NCBI GenBank assembly: GCA_964187785.1
Contig: OZ076421.1
Location: 21,018,001 to 21,082,000, forward strand
Direction: 5' to 3'
From: Amphiscolops sp. MND2022
Taxonomy: Eukaryota
DNA length: 64,000 nt
Of the stretch, positions 11,956-24,800 are shown piece by piece. The position numbers were made by a program, and so were the translations under genes. Below the pieces are notes generated by a model that made no database searches, was not told the origin of the DNA, and worked only from the letters and a program-made list of their open reading frames with translations. Position 1 is the stretch's first letter. Each line of letters begins with the position of its first letter.

Positions 11956-12851
11956 TGTAACGGCTGCTTGATCCCTTCAATTGACCAAACTTTACGCCGC
12001 CCTGAATTCGGTGCTCGGCACTGCGGATCGTTACCGAACACTGCTTGCTTCGTAGATTAAAAGGACTGTATCTTGACTTAGTAGGATCCAATGATCCCGA
12101 ATTGCACTTCTTCCTTGTCTCTTAACACGTCCAACTCTCCACAAGTTGAGAGTAACTAACTTAGTCGCCCTAAGTCTTTGGCGAAAAGTCGAAAAGAGGT
12201 GAAGAAATGAATTGAGAATTGAAATGGTCCTAAGACCCAACTTGACTACAGCTATTCAGTCGTTAAAATCTCTCTCTAATACAGGTATACATGTGGTTTA
12301 CAATTCTACAGTAAATATAGAACAAATATCAGATGAAATATGTGGTATAAATAAATGACATTTAAAGCATAAAATGAAGTTATTGGCTAAGTAAACAAAC
12401 AATGTGGTGGTTTTGGCATGTTGGTCAGGTGGGTTAGAAAGTATGTTTACACAATGTAAATATCATTAATTTCAACAGAGTTACATTTCCTTCAAGGTCA
12501 CATGAGAAAATCATATAATAATTAATACATCAAAAATTGGGTAATTCATGGGGTCCGACCTAGGTCACTTTGGGTGTTAATAGCTCTGAACCCAGGGGAG
12601 ATACGGGGTAGCTTGTTAAGAGTGAAAAGTTAGTGAATCACCACCACTATATGTGTGCCAAGTTTCAAGGTGATTGAATGAGTGGTTTACAGGGACGGGG
12701 GGGTGGCCCTTTTTTACATAGGGTCATTTTTGCTTAGACTTGTATTTTTCCATCTAAAATCTTGATAAATTTTCTAAGTCTTTTGAGTTGTAAGTTTCAT
12801 CAGTCACGTTCGAATTTGAGTTTCTGATCTCGCAATTGACTGGCGCCAACA
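11956..12851 (-). repeat. 5' LTR of the BEL-derived element
   Basis: 896 bp, TG...CA ends, followed by a PBS on the - strand. Confidence 0.95.
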
Positions 12852-15800
12852 AAGGATATGGTTGGTTTTTTGTCGGTTTCCCGTCGAGTCTGTATTTTCT
12901 GGCATTTGAAGGTTAGGTTCCCATGCTTGTGCATACAAATCATTGTGGTGTTTTATGACTTCTGGGTCGGGTAAATAGTCTGTTGGTTTGACTGTGACCT
13001 CAGGTAGGCGTTGTTCTGAATTATACATCCGTGGGTGTATTCTGTGGAGCGTTTGGGTTTAGCGTGTGCCCGAACATCGTATAGTGTAGTTGTTTTTTGA
13101 TAGTGTTTTGACTACTATGAATGATCCTGTCCAAATGCATTCAATAAATGCAACTTTTGTGGATTGGTTATCTGCTTTGGGGTTCACTATATAGCAGTAG
13201 TCGTATACATTCAAGGGGGTTGCATCAGCTTTCCAGTCATAGTAACGTTTGTATTTGATGTAGCATACCATAAGATTTTCTTTTTTTGTTGCGACTTTGA
13301 TTTCCTCGATTTGTTTTAGTAATTGGTCTGCTAAGGCAGTATTTTGTTGGCGGTTCCATTGTGGTTTTAGACCAAGTTTGAGGTCAAGTACGTTGTACGG
13401 GATGCGTCCGTAAAACACTGTTGACAGTTCACATCCTAAGCTTTCGTGATAAGTGGTTTTGTAATTCACAACGGATTTTTGTACGTAGTTGTGCCACATT
13501 GATTTCCTTTCTCCCGTGGATATTTTTAGTAAGGTTTTGAGTAATGAGTGTGTCTTTTCAAGGATGCCAATCGTGTGGACAAAATTTGTTGTAGCATGGC
13601 GTTGTTTGATGTCTAATACTTTGGCAATCTCTTGCATTTTTTCCGCTCTGAAATGTGATCCTTTATCAGAGATTATGCATGTCGGTAGATAGGCATGTGT
13701 GGCCATAACGTCTATAATATATCGTCCTTCTGTTTGTGCTGTCATGCTTTGTACTGGGTACGCGAAGAGGTAGCGTAAGAAGACATCGATTATTGTTACT
13801 ATGTGTTGGTATCCCGCGGAGCTTGGTAGGTTGGTCAATATGTCGATTTCAAGTATGTCTTCAGGTCCATGTGAGAATTAATTTTGCTTGATCATTTTGG
13901 GGAGTATTTGTCGTGAGTTAATCTTTTTTTATTTGATGCAATCCTGGCAGCTGGTGACATTGTTCTGTTTGAGTGGCGAGCTCAGGGTAGTAGTGTTTCC
14001 CAGGGCATTGGTAATTCATATTTGTTATGCCAGGGTCTTTTCTGTGGTTCCATGTAGCGTTTTTAGTAACTCTGGTAATATATGGGTTGGAAGGATGATT
14101 TGGCTGTGGATGACTTGTCCACACTCGCCGCAGTATTTGCGCATGAGTATTCCTTCCTTGAGGGTTATTCTGGTATCATACTTGAGAAGGTTCTAAGCGT
14201 TTGGGTCTGTTTGTAGTAGGTGTGCATCGTATTCTTCTGGTATTAATTTTGCCTTTATTGTTTTTAGTACTGTATCGGCATCCTGTTCGTTTCTGATGCG
14301 GGCATGTTCATTGGGTGCTCTAGAGATCAGGAGAGTTTGTTGATTGGTATTATGGTAGCTTCTTTTATTGTTGCTGTAATTTCGTTCTGTTTGGTAACTT
14401 GTCCTTGTTGTTTGGCGTTTTGTTTTCTTAGTAAGATTTCTTCTTCCAACGGTAGCTGTTCGTCTGGGGGAAAAATTGTTGCTCGTCATCTGCTACGTTA
14501 GTTGATTGCATATTTATTTGTATCGGATTTGTACGTATATCTTTTGTATTGTAAGTTCTATCTTTTCTTTGGGTGTTACTTCAAGGCTGGGGAGGAAATC
14601 TGCTGCTGTGTTAGTGTTCCTGCTACGTGCATATTTCTGAAATTAAATTGCAACACGTAGTCGCATGCATTCAATGAGGTTGGTGATATCGCCTTGGTTT
14701 GAAAAGAATCGTGTGACTAATCGGTTGACCGACATGACGAGAGGTGGTAGCGTGGCTTCCCATAGTATGTGGCTGTATTCTAGGAAAGCGTGGTATATTT
14801 CCAGGAATTCATTGTAATATTTGGACATTTTGAGTTGTTCTGGTGAGAATACTTTTGAGCCAAATACTACTGGGACGACTAATTTCGTTTTGGTTAGTTT
14901 TTGTCGTGTTTTTTTTTCGATCATAGGTGCGTATCCTGATGTTCTGAAACAAACTGGCGTCGGCCATGTTGACGTATTGTAGTCATTTGAAAGGTTGTTT
15001 GAGGGTGAGACCGCAAGCTTATGCCAGGCCTGTATTGGTTGCTTTATAATCATCTAGTAGGTCTTCTGTTATTATTTTGTTTTCTATCTTCAGGAGTTCA
15101 AAGTATCACCGGAGTTTTTCAGATAGTCTGTGTATGTAAATTCTGTAGTAGTTTACAAATCCGATGTTTCGCTGGACCTGTTTTTTGGCTTTTTGGAATC
15201 TGACATTGGCTAAGATGGTTTTGTTTTTATAATCCTGTGGGGCTACTTCTTGTGTTGTGATCGTTCTTCCTAGAACTTCGACTTCTGTGACGCCAAAATG
15301 GCATCTTTTGATTGTTAGTTTCAGGCATGCTTGTCTGATGCAGTCAAAAACAGCTCGAATGTTGTGTATGAGCTGTGTCACGGAGTTGGCGCGATGCCAA
15401 TCTTGTCAACATATTGTCCGCATTGGTCACCTTTTATCACCTTATCGAGGCATTCTCTCATGAAGCTTGAGAAAGCTTAGGGGGCTCTGCTGAGTCCTTG
15501 TGCAAGTCGTTTGTAGGCAAAGGTTCTGCTGGCGAAATTGAATGCCAGTAGTTCTACTGATCGCTGGTCTCCCATTCGGAGGCAGTGGTATGCTTGTGAG
15601 CAGTCAAGCTTGCAAAATAATTTTTCCCTGCTAAATGTTGGGCTGCATCGGAGAGTGTGCTATTGGGGTGATTATTGTTGATATAGTCGTCGGATATCAA
15701 GGCGTTTATTTTTCGTAAATCCACAATAAGTCTGAGCTTGCCGTTGGGTTTGCGTTGTGCAAATATTGGACTCGCGTATTTGGAAAACGGCAAAGTTGTG

Positions 15801-17050
15801 AATATACCACAACAGTGCATAAAAGCTAGTGCCACCGTTAGGTCCTCCTTGAGGTTGATCGGTACAAGCAGGCTTTGTGTATACACTGGTGCGTCAATTC
15901 TAGGGGTTATTTTGACTTTGAAATTATTATTAATGCCTATGTTAAGGCGATATCTTGCGAAGATGTCGATGTATTCGAAAATTACGTTCTCGAGCCGTGT
16001 ATTAGTCATCCATCTCATCGGAACATATTCAGAAGCTTTTCTCGGGATTGTTGAAGTGTTGTGGATCTAGTTTATATTTTCTGCTAGTTCATTGATTTCC
16101 TGAGTATTCGATGTTGTATGGAAGTTTGTTCATATTTTTCTTTTTCGTTGCCCGTGTTCTCTGGTGTTGGGAACCAGACTTTGAGTTCATATTGATCGTC
16201 TTCCGTTTTCATTAGTTCTGGTACATACGCTGTTGCGTCATCGCTGTCTTCAAAGTATTTGAGGGCAGCTACGTTGATCGGACGAATGTGCTTTGTATCC
16301 TCCGTGGTGAGTATTTGCATTTTGGCCACTTTCGTGTTGATGGGTATAGTATCCGGGGTTTCGGTTGTATTGATGGCTCTGATCTTGATTCTTTTGATAT
16401 TGGTTGAAGTTTTTGCAGGTGCGATTATAAATTGAACATTTTCGCCAAATTGGCGTAGTGGTTCAAAGGTGCCGGTCATTGGGTGTTCCGCGTTTGTTAT
16501 GACGATTGCATTGATAGTAGTGGCTTGCTGTGCTGGTATTATTTGTTTCATTGGTTCTCACTTGCATAGTTTGTGGATTGCATTTTTTCATTTCGTCTTT
16601 CATGGTTAGAGTCACTTCGAAATGGAGAAATGTGATTGTGCCGTTTGCTGTGTCACGCAGTGCCTAATGGTTTTGCATGCAATTGAGCCCGATTATGGGA
16701 TAGGATGTTCTCGAGAGGACAACAAACGTTTCAGTGAAAGTGTAGGAGCCGATGTTGAATTGAAAGTCGGCGATTGCTATTGGTTGTTCTATCGTTGCAT
16801 TTGCACATTCGATTTTGAATGGTGGTTGTGGGTATTGCTTGATGATGCAGTTTTCGGTATTATTGCGGATCATGGTATAAGCAGACCATGAAATGGCCTT
16901 TAAGTACGCACCAGAGTCGACAAGCCCATAAAACGTGATTTCTCCAAAGTCTAGGGGTAGGTAGAGCATACGTCGTCGTTTCTTTAAACAGATGGTGGAC
17001 ATGAGTGGTAAGTAGTGGTGGTCGCCTCGGGAGGTTATGAATTCCTTCAT
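12852..17050 (-). pseudogene. pol: Gypsy A pol remnant (protease, RT, RNase H, integrase), frameshifted with stops
   Basis: Protease motif FYGLVDSGAYL (16664-17050). RT motifs ASPIFAQRKPNGKLRLIVDLRKIN (15554-16018) and KRCHFGVTEVEVLG (15106-15381). Integrase core IIDVF...ISDKGSHF...LEKTH (13059-13838). Confidence 0.9.
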
Positions 17051-17399
17051 CGAGTTGAGTGATACTGGGAAATTATCAGTGCTTGAGTGGGGGTTTTCCT
17101 CGGGGAGATATGTATTTGCTGTTTCACTAGCGATTGTCTGGTTGTGTTGTCATGGACGCGTCATCGATGTTATTGCTGTGATCAAAGAGTTTTGGTATCT
17201 TTGGTTGGGTTTCTTCTGATTGTTCTGCGGTTTTGGGCAGGGGGCGTTTAGTTGTCTTGTACCTGTCGTCGGCTTCAAGGATCCATGGTGAGTAATATTT
17301 TTGGTCTGAGTGTTTCGAGTTGTATTTCTTGATGGCTGTTACTTCTCTACGGCGCTGCCAGTCTTGGGTAGTGTAACCTTTTTACACTCTGTGGTGGTA

Positions 17400-18914
17400 T
17401 CACTTGTGTATGAGGATGGCGGGTCTTGGATCGTATATGCCCTCGCGACTACTGTTTCCCCAAATCGTAGTCGCGGCGCAATGAGTTTTTTGGGTCTTCT
17501 ACTTCTATTGCAGATTCCGTTTTATCCAGTTTTGTTGTAGCGTTATGTTGACGTTTAGGTCTTGGGTCATTTGCTGCTTTGGCACTATTTCAGCAGTCTT
17601 CTGTCTTGTGTTGTTTTCAGCAGGTGGCGCATTGTGGTCTGGGGGGCGTGTATTGGTGATTTGACAGTTTTGATTTTTTGTTTCCTGCCATTTATCTCTT
17701 TTTAGTTTTCCGAGTTGGGCTTTGTAATGTCCGTATTGGGAGCAGTAGAAACAAAATCGTCGTTTAGTTTCCTTGTTAATGGTGGTAGTTGTCGTTGGTG
17801 TGACGTTGTTGAGAGGCGCAAGTTTTATATCATCTGGCGCTCCTACCGCCGTTGAGTCGCATGTCTCATACGAGGTGGAGAACTATTTCGTTGTAGGATT
17901 CGTCGTCTAAGTATGATCGATGTGGGTTCTTTCGGACGTGATCTGGCATCTTAGCACAGATCGTTTTATCAATAAACTGCTGTGCTTCTGTGCTTCAGAT
18001 CGGAAGGCTTCCTTCGCTGTTTTTTGGAGCGCCTTTAGAAATTCATGTAATTTTTGTGTTGATGAGTCAAATTTAAGGACGTCACATTCGCAGCGAGCTT
18101 TTGCTGCTGATAAAAAGTCCCTAAATTGTCGTTTGAAAACTGTCATGATGTCTTCTAAATTGTCTTTTTGGCATCATCAAGGTTGCTAAAAACTTAGGTT
18201 GCGTGGTAGGGCTTCGCCTCTCAGGAGCGAATGGAAAAAGTTGATTCTTTTTAGTTCTGTTAAGTGCGGGTGCATCCTGATAATATTTCTGAAAAAATTC
18301 GAGTAATTCGACTTTCTCACTTTTGCCGTCGACGCTAGGTAGGGACGTTCTAAGCGCTTTAAGCATTGGGGTTGTCGTGTTGGATTCAGCTTGTTTGGAT
18401 GAGGATGGGACATTTTGAGGTAAGTTAATTCGTTCGTTGAGTGATGATTAACTCTGAGTGCGGTTTTTAGATTTTTTTTACGGGGATCAATGGGATAGGT
18501 AAGGACTCCGTCACCATGTTACGGGTACACATGGTGTCCGCATTCTCGTCTTTTTCAAAGCGTACCGTTTTGGATGGTGAAAGAACAGACCTAATTGGAG
18601 TTTATACATTTTCAACATTAGGGCAGGTTCTATTTTCCGAACTAGAGGACTTTATTACTGAGATGAGTTCTCTCTGAGACTGTGCCAAAAGTGTTTTTTT
18701 CATCTCCTGGTTATTTCAATCCTCAACGAAGTTTTGAGATTTTCTAAGGTAGAATCGAACCCAAGTACTGACGCATTTGTAGAAGTACTTGCCTCGGTGA
18801 TACTCTTTTCCCCTATAAGAACGCTTTGAACTCTCGAGTAGTTCGCTTCAGGACTATTCTCTGACTCAGTGACGGGGAAGCTCCGGCCTTTCTCTTCTGA
18901 TTCCTTGCAGACAT
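17400..18914 (-). pseudogene. gag: Gypsy A gag remnant, initiating inside the 5' LTR
   Basis: ATG at 18914 (MSARNQKRKAG; the 3' LTR copy reads MRTRNQKRKAG from 436). Continues through the LTR end and PBS into LPSVDGKSEKVELLE, KINFFHSLLRGEAL and AKARCECDVLKFDSSTQKLHEFL. The 3' boundary is approximate. Confidence 0.75.
18503..18516 (-). promoter_or_regulatory. PBS-like site TGGTGACGGAGTCC of Gypsy A
   Basis: TGG start immediately after the LTR-terminal CA. Primer tRNA not identified. Confidence 0.6.
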
Positions 18915-20567
18915 CCTGACTTTGCGATTTCGAAAACATTAATTTGAGATAACGAAATAACAAAAAAATTATTCAAACGTTTTCAAAACAGTAGCAGCAA
19001 AATTAGTGAATCACATCTTAATTCACTTCATATTTATACCTTTCTACCATCATTTGTTCACGAGCGCGTCACGAAGATCGACGATTAAAAACTTGGACTT
19101 CCGGTGTTAACACAGTGGTATCACGCCTGGCGTCCATACGCCGAACTTAAAATTCAACAAAGCCCAAATTCATGTGATCGCAAATTCCATCTACAGTAGG
19201 GAAACTCCTTAAGAGGAGAAAATGATTGAGCGACGGGCGTTATGGAACCGGATGTGGGAGTTTACTAAACTTCGTTTTCACCAAAACAACCCACTTTTGG
19301 TCTTGTAAAATGAGGGAAATCAGGAAAACGCGAAGAATAATTGCGATTTGTCGCGGGAAAGTGAGAAGAAAAATCTAGTTACTCGCGATATAGGAAGCGC
19401 TCGACAGTGATTCGTTCGTTTATGTGATGCTATGAAAAGAACTAAAGTAAGGGAATTTATGATGTTACACGAGTTATTTCTTTTAGAAAAAAACCGATTT
19501 TCATTTTTGCAATAAAGCTACAAAACACGAAACAAAAAAAACAAACAAAAACATTGCACCAAGCTCTTGGTAAGTGTGACGTTGAATATTCGTTAATATT
19601 TATTAATCAACACTACATGTAAGTGGCATCAGTTAGACGGTCATTGTTCAGCAACATCGACAGGTGATTTATGTTTAACCATTATCAAATATTGAGCATC
19701 AGGTTGTTATTTATACTACGAAGTACTTGGGAAGCTCACTTACTTTATACTCTTCAGGATAACTTCTTTGCTAAGCTGTATTCATATTCTGGTCAGATCG
19801 ACAAAGGGTTGACGTGAATCTAAATTCTCATTTTAGTCATCTTGCAACGTAATGTTGACGTAAATTCTAATTCAGTCATAGCTAACATTTCGATTTTAAC
19901 ATAAACTTCATTCCTTACATGCGCGGTGTGACGTAGTTGTGACGAAAACTTCTTTCCTTTTCCGCTTCGAGTGATGACGTAGTAGCGACGTAAATTACTA
20001 TTTTTGAGTAAGCAGCACTTGTGTTAATTTAGTGTAAACATTACTCGCGCGACCACCGCTTTATTCAATTAATTGCGGAATGATTTTTTGAAGATGCATT
20101 TTCTGAATGACCAATATTGACGTCAGTCACGCGACGGAGCGAGGGGCACACTTAAGCATTGTTTGGAGTGCTTTCACTGTATTCGTTTGTTCAACTAAAT
20201 CAATGTGTGCTAATTATTCGTGACATTAAATACCAATTTCGACAAATCTTTCTTTAGCGTAGTTGGTTGTTGCGCGGATTATTCCAAATGGAAATCAGAC
20301 AAATTATTCCTTTGCTTATTGATTCATTCCTCTTTATTTGTTCAGTGGTTCATTTGCGTTAACGTTTTTACGACTTCCTAATTTTGGTTCTTTCGGTTTA
20401 GTGTTTTGAAGTTAGATTAAGAGATACTCCCAAGTTATATCGTATTTTTAACCACAGTTTGTTTAGTTTTGTTTGAGTTGAATAATTCCAAGCGTTTAGG
20501 CATCCGTTTCCTGTTCCGAATGGTACTCGTTGACATGAACAAGCCAGTCCGGGAGCGGCCTGTGACA
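18517..20567 (-). repeat. 5' LTR of Gypsy A
   Basis: Homologous to 47-2132, with TG...CA ends. Confidence 0.85.
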
Positions 20568-20679
20568 GTTGAATTGAAGATGTTTTTTTAGTTAGTTACG
20601 CAGATGCGTTTTGTAAATATGCTCCTCAAAACGAAGATTTTTTCTACCCCGGTGTTATATATATCGTGGGGGGTTTTCA

Positions 20680-21560
20680 AGTCCAGATTTCAGACAACCT
20701 ACTGATCACTGAGGAAGCAGTAACGAATGAACTGGAGTCATTGAACATTACTAAGACAATGAGACCAGTCAATTCGAATCCTCGAGCTCTACACGTGACA
20801 AGCCAGCCGATAAGTTCAATCATGGCCAAAATTGTAGCAAAATGTTGGCAGTCTGAATTCTCAAATATTCAGAACAAAAACTAAAAAGACCCCTATAACT
20901 ATCAACCTAACAGCAACCTGCTGCAAATGTTTGAAGAGAATAGTCAAAAAGCGCATAGTTAATAATACTGAATCCGTATCATTCCTGATCAGCAGTTTGG
21001 CTTGGTTCCGGGACGTTCGACAATCTTACATACGTCAGAGGATTTGAAGACCCGACAGCAGAAACGATCGCAAAGTTCTCTGCATATCATGGAGAGTTCC
21101 AATATCAGATGGAAAACACTGGATTGGACAACTACTTTCCTGACAGGTCGGAAACAACGACTGGTCAAAGAGTGATACTTTCAGTGGACAGAAGTGACAG
21201 GTGGCGCACCCCAATGATTAGTCCTGGGACCGATACTTTCTTTAAATTAATTTCATGGCAAACTGCGTGGCGTTCGAAAAGCTCATGATGATGGCGCTTA
21301 AATTCAACAAGTAATCAAAAACCTAGTGTCACATGAATGGCCAACTACAAACAAATCTCTGCAAATTGAAGAAGTGGTCCCTTGGCGGTGATCTGCAATT
21401 CACTTTGTTAAATTGTCACTAGCTCATAACAGCCTAAAACTGACACCACCAGGTCGAACTCATTCTCTGGACGGTAAAACACCTTTGAATTTTGTCAATG
21501 GCGAGAAAGATCTTGGGTAGTAATCGATTCAAAGCTCTTCTACATAACATATTAAAAATC
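20680..21560 (+). mobile_element. Degenerate CR1/L2-like LINE reverse-transcriptase fragment
   Basis: Broken reading LESLNITKTMRPVNSNPRAL...YRPISL-like...QFGLVPGRSTI. Boundaries approximate. Confidence 0.55.
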
Positions 21561-21879
21561 AGCAAACATCAGTCTTGAAATCATCTATAGAATGTGTTTC
21601 ATAAAAACTAATGCAGACTTTTTGTACAGCTCTTTGTGAGACCAAACTTGGAAGATTTCAAGCAAACGCGGAAACCGTATCCAAAGGAGCACAAAATGAT
21701 GATTACAAATGTATAAAGGCAAGCAACAGGGCTCATACCAGGCTACAAAGTCAGATTGTGAGCAATAACTACACCTACATCAGAGTACGGAAGATGACGC
21801 TGTGGTCAGAAGATCAAATCGGTGTTCCAAAGCAAAACAAATGCTATGACAAAAAATATCGAAGATTAATTTAATATAA

Positions 21880-24800
21880 ACGAAAGACCAGAGGAAACCG
21901 CAGTTGGAACTCTGACTCGGACTCAAAATTCTTAGAAAACTTAGATGAGAATTTGATGGAAAGTCAAGGTTGACCCAACTGGAAACCCCTTTTGGTTTTC
22001 CCGACAGTTTTTAATTGTAGAGACTTGAAACTTGGCACACATGTGCAGGTTTCCAACACGAACACCTCGACGAAAAGTCAATGCCATTCAACCGTTATAA
22101 CCTCCTTTACCCATCACATGTGTGGTGTCCGTGGTCATTCAACCAAAATGTAAACATTGTTATTTACCAATATGTCCTCCTTAAAATGAAACTCTGTTGT
22201 AGTTGGTGATGTTTACATAGTGTGAACATACCATTTGAGCCCACCTAACCAACAATCAAGACCCACCGTAGAGTTTATTTACATAGCCAATGTTTTTAAT
22301 AAATCACTTTGATATCATTTACTTACACTACATTGTTCGACTTCTTTTTATTGAAGAATTGTAAACCAGATAGATACCATTTTTGATTAGCGAATTTAAC
22401 GACTGAATAGCTTCAGTCCATGTGAATCTCAGGCCCACTAGATCAAGTAACTTCTCATATCATTACTACCTTTCGTTAGAAGTCAGAGCGAACAAATTGC
22501 AACTCTCGTAGTTGGAGAGTTGAAGCGCGTGAAGATACAGAGCGGGAAGTTTGTGATATTCCAATCGAGAGCAAAGCGGGATCGCAGGAGAACCAACGGG
22601 TCACATGGACCGACGAGCCAAAAGATACAGTCTTTTGAAACACGAAATCCAGGATTGTTTAGGGACGGTCCATAGTACTAACCAACTGATCAGGACGGCA
22701 TAAGGCTCTCCAAACTTCAGCGTAAGATAAGAGCAAGCGGTTGTTACAATTGTTCGGCCGACCTGGACAAAGACGAACAAGACAACTCGTTTATGGACAT
22801 GACTGAAAAAGATTGCCCACATAGAACAAAAGTCTGTGTCTTAGAGCCTTGGTTTTTGTGTCTCTGCGATATTGGGCTATTGTGTCTCTGGGAAAATTGT
22901 CTATTTCGTCTCTGAGAGATTGCGCTATTGGGGTTCTGGGACATTGGTCTATTGTGTCTTTGGGAGATTGGCCTCTCGTGTCTCTGGGTGATTGACCTGT
23001 TTTGACTTAAGAAATTAAAATCAATCGCTGAAAAGATGGCTGAACCTAAACATCCTGAAATAAGCAAATTTGAAGTATTCAGACAAACTCAGCTGAAAAA
23101 CCCAAATTGTGAAAGACTGGGATAGATTTCTCGAGCTGGGTAGGGCTGTCACAGAATTGGATGATAGATTAGCTCGCAATGACGACAACAAACAGTTAGC
23201 AAAGGTGCTCTTACGACAAACAGATACCATAAATAGGCGAGAACGGTTTAACAAGGCAGTCAAAAATGCAATGAAACTAAATACCACCCGCAGATACCCG
23301 AAATGTTTGAAATGTTTGCAGCAAAGAACAAAGCAATGCAGAACCCATTTGTTGAGTTGCAGCAGCAAAACTTTATCATTGCGAGGTTCAAAATACTGAT
23401 GTCAGGATTGCGCAATGAAAATGTGATACAAGGCTACTCAAAAGTGCTTTTGAGAAAACGCGGGAAAACAAAGTCGCAATGAGCGAAGACGTCGACGAAG
23501 CAGACTATGCTGCAGCATCCGAAGAATTGCTGCGAAAAACGACTGTCATCCAAACAACGATTGAAGCTCTGCTGGAATCAGGAGACGAAGGAGCCATTTT
23601 GCGAAGACTTGATGACTTTGAACAAAGACTAACGGCTGTTCGGGTGAACTCGGCAGCAGTTAAAACCGGTAAAACGGAACCTCACCACAAAAAGGTGCCA
23701 GATTTGACAATGAGCGAAAGAAACAAAAAGGTCACATCGCGGATGACAACCACACGCCAAGAATTCAAGCTAGATCAATGCCAACAGACGAATTGGGCAT
23801 ACATTCGCAATGTCAAAAAACGAATGCAACAACACCTCTGTGATCTCGAAACCAACACGTGCACGACGCGTTATGAATTCGGAGCTCAACACTTTGAACG
23901 AGCAAGAAAAAATGCAATCCAGTCTGGAAAAGGGAGGAACGTGAAGGAAAACATTGGGAAACTGAAGACTTCCATGAAAATTCGTTCCACAAAGCTGGAA
24001 CTGCTGAAAAAAGAAATGGAAATGGCGAAAGCTTCTATCAGTTGTAGTTCTAGCCTTCGAAGAATCTCACCGATCTGCTAACCAGACGGCCGTTTGACGA
24101 ACGTCTTAGTATGGATTGAATAAACAGAAGAGTCTCAAAACGTCGTTCAGTCCATCAACGTGCCACCTGTACACCCGCAAACGTCGGTTTCAAACTCAGT
24201 GAATACTGTACAATCAACCCACAGGTGACAATCCCCCGCGCAAGCAAGAGATTTGACACCCTCAATGAAACCGATCACATCCTTAGAAGTCGCACTGCGA
24301 GACAGCCAAACGGACATAACAAAGAGTGATCACGGAGCTGGCAGTCAAAGAACAACAGTTCATTCGCCTATAAATGGAGGCAATATGAGTAATTGCATGT
24401 TCGTGAACACGCAAAAGCAGTATTTGCCGAGTCGAGGACCAAATTTTCCGCAAATGCAAGAAACGACTATTACAAAAAATCAAGCTTGCCAAAACCAAAG
24501 CTGTCGGACTTTTCCGGTGATCCCTTGGAGTAGCCAGAATTGTCACAATCATTTTAGGCAACCATCGACGCAGATACGCAAATTTTGGACGACAATTTGA
24601 AGATGAATTGCCTGAAAACCATGGTAACGGGCAAACGCAAAGAGGCTGCTGTTAGTTTGGGATACACTGGTAAGATGTATATTGTAGCGTGGAACGTGCT
24701 AGTTAGTAACGTTGGGAAATCTCAAATGGTTGTGAACCTTAGGTGATACGAAATTGCCTGTTTTAACTATGAAACCTTATGACGCATTGATCAAGTATGT

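Larger units (their letters stand above)
6662..12851 (-). mobile_element. BEL/Pao-derived non-autonomous LTR element (young), nested in Gypsy A pol
   Basis: 896-bp LTRs at 6662-7557 and 11956-12851 with TG...CA ends and 2 differences seen by eye. Perfect AAGGA TSD (6657-6661, 12852-12856), PBS and purine-rich tract present. Retains a BEL-like integrase C-terminus (RPPVVRLAPMFYESVFREKNRAGNV) but shows no RT, RNase H or integrase core. Confidence 0.9.
47..20567 (-). mobile_element. Ty3/Gypsy LTR retrotransposon A (old, degenerate), interrupted by a nested BEL-derived element
   Basis: Two ~2.05-kb direct repeats with TG...CA ends (47-2132, 18517-20567). Flanks GATGA (42-46) and GTTGA (20568-20572) fit a 5-bp TSD with one mismatch. 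Fragmented gag, protease, RT, RNase H and integrase lie between them on the - strand. Confidence 0.85.

Noticed and set aside
16084-16551. dUTPase between protease and RT (similar region in element B pol)
   Set aside because: Beta-rich spacer in the right position, but the dUTPase catalytic motifs are not recognisable.
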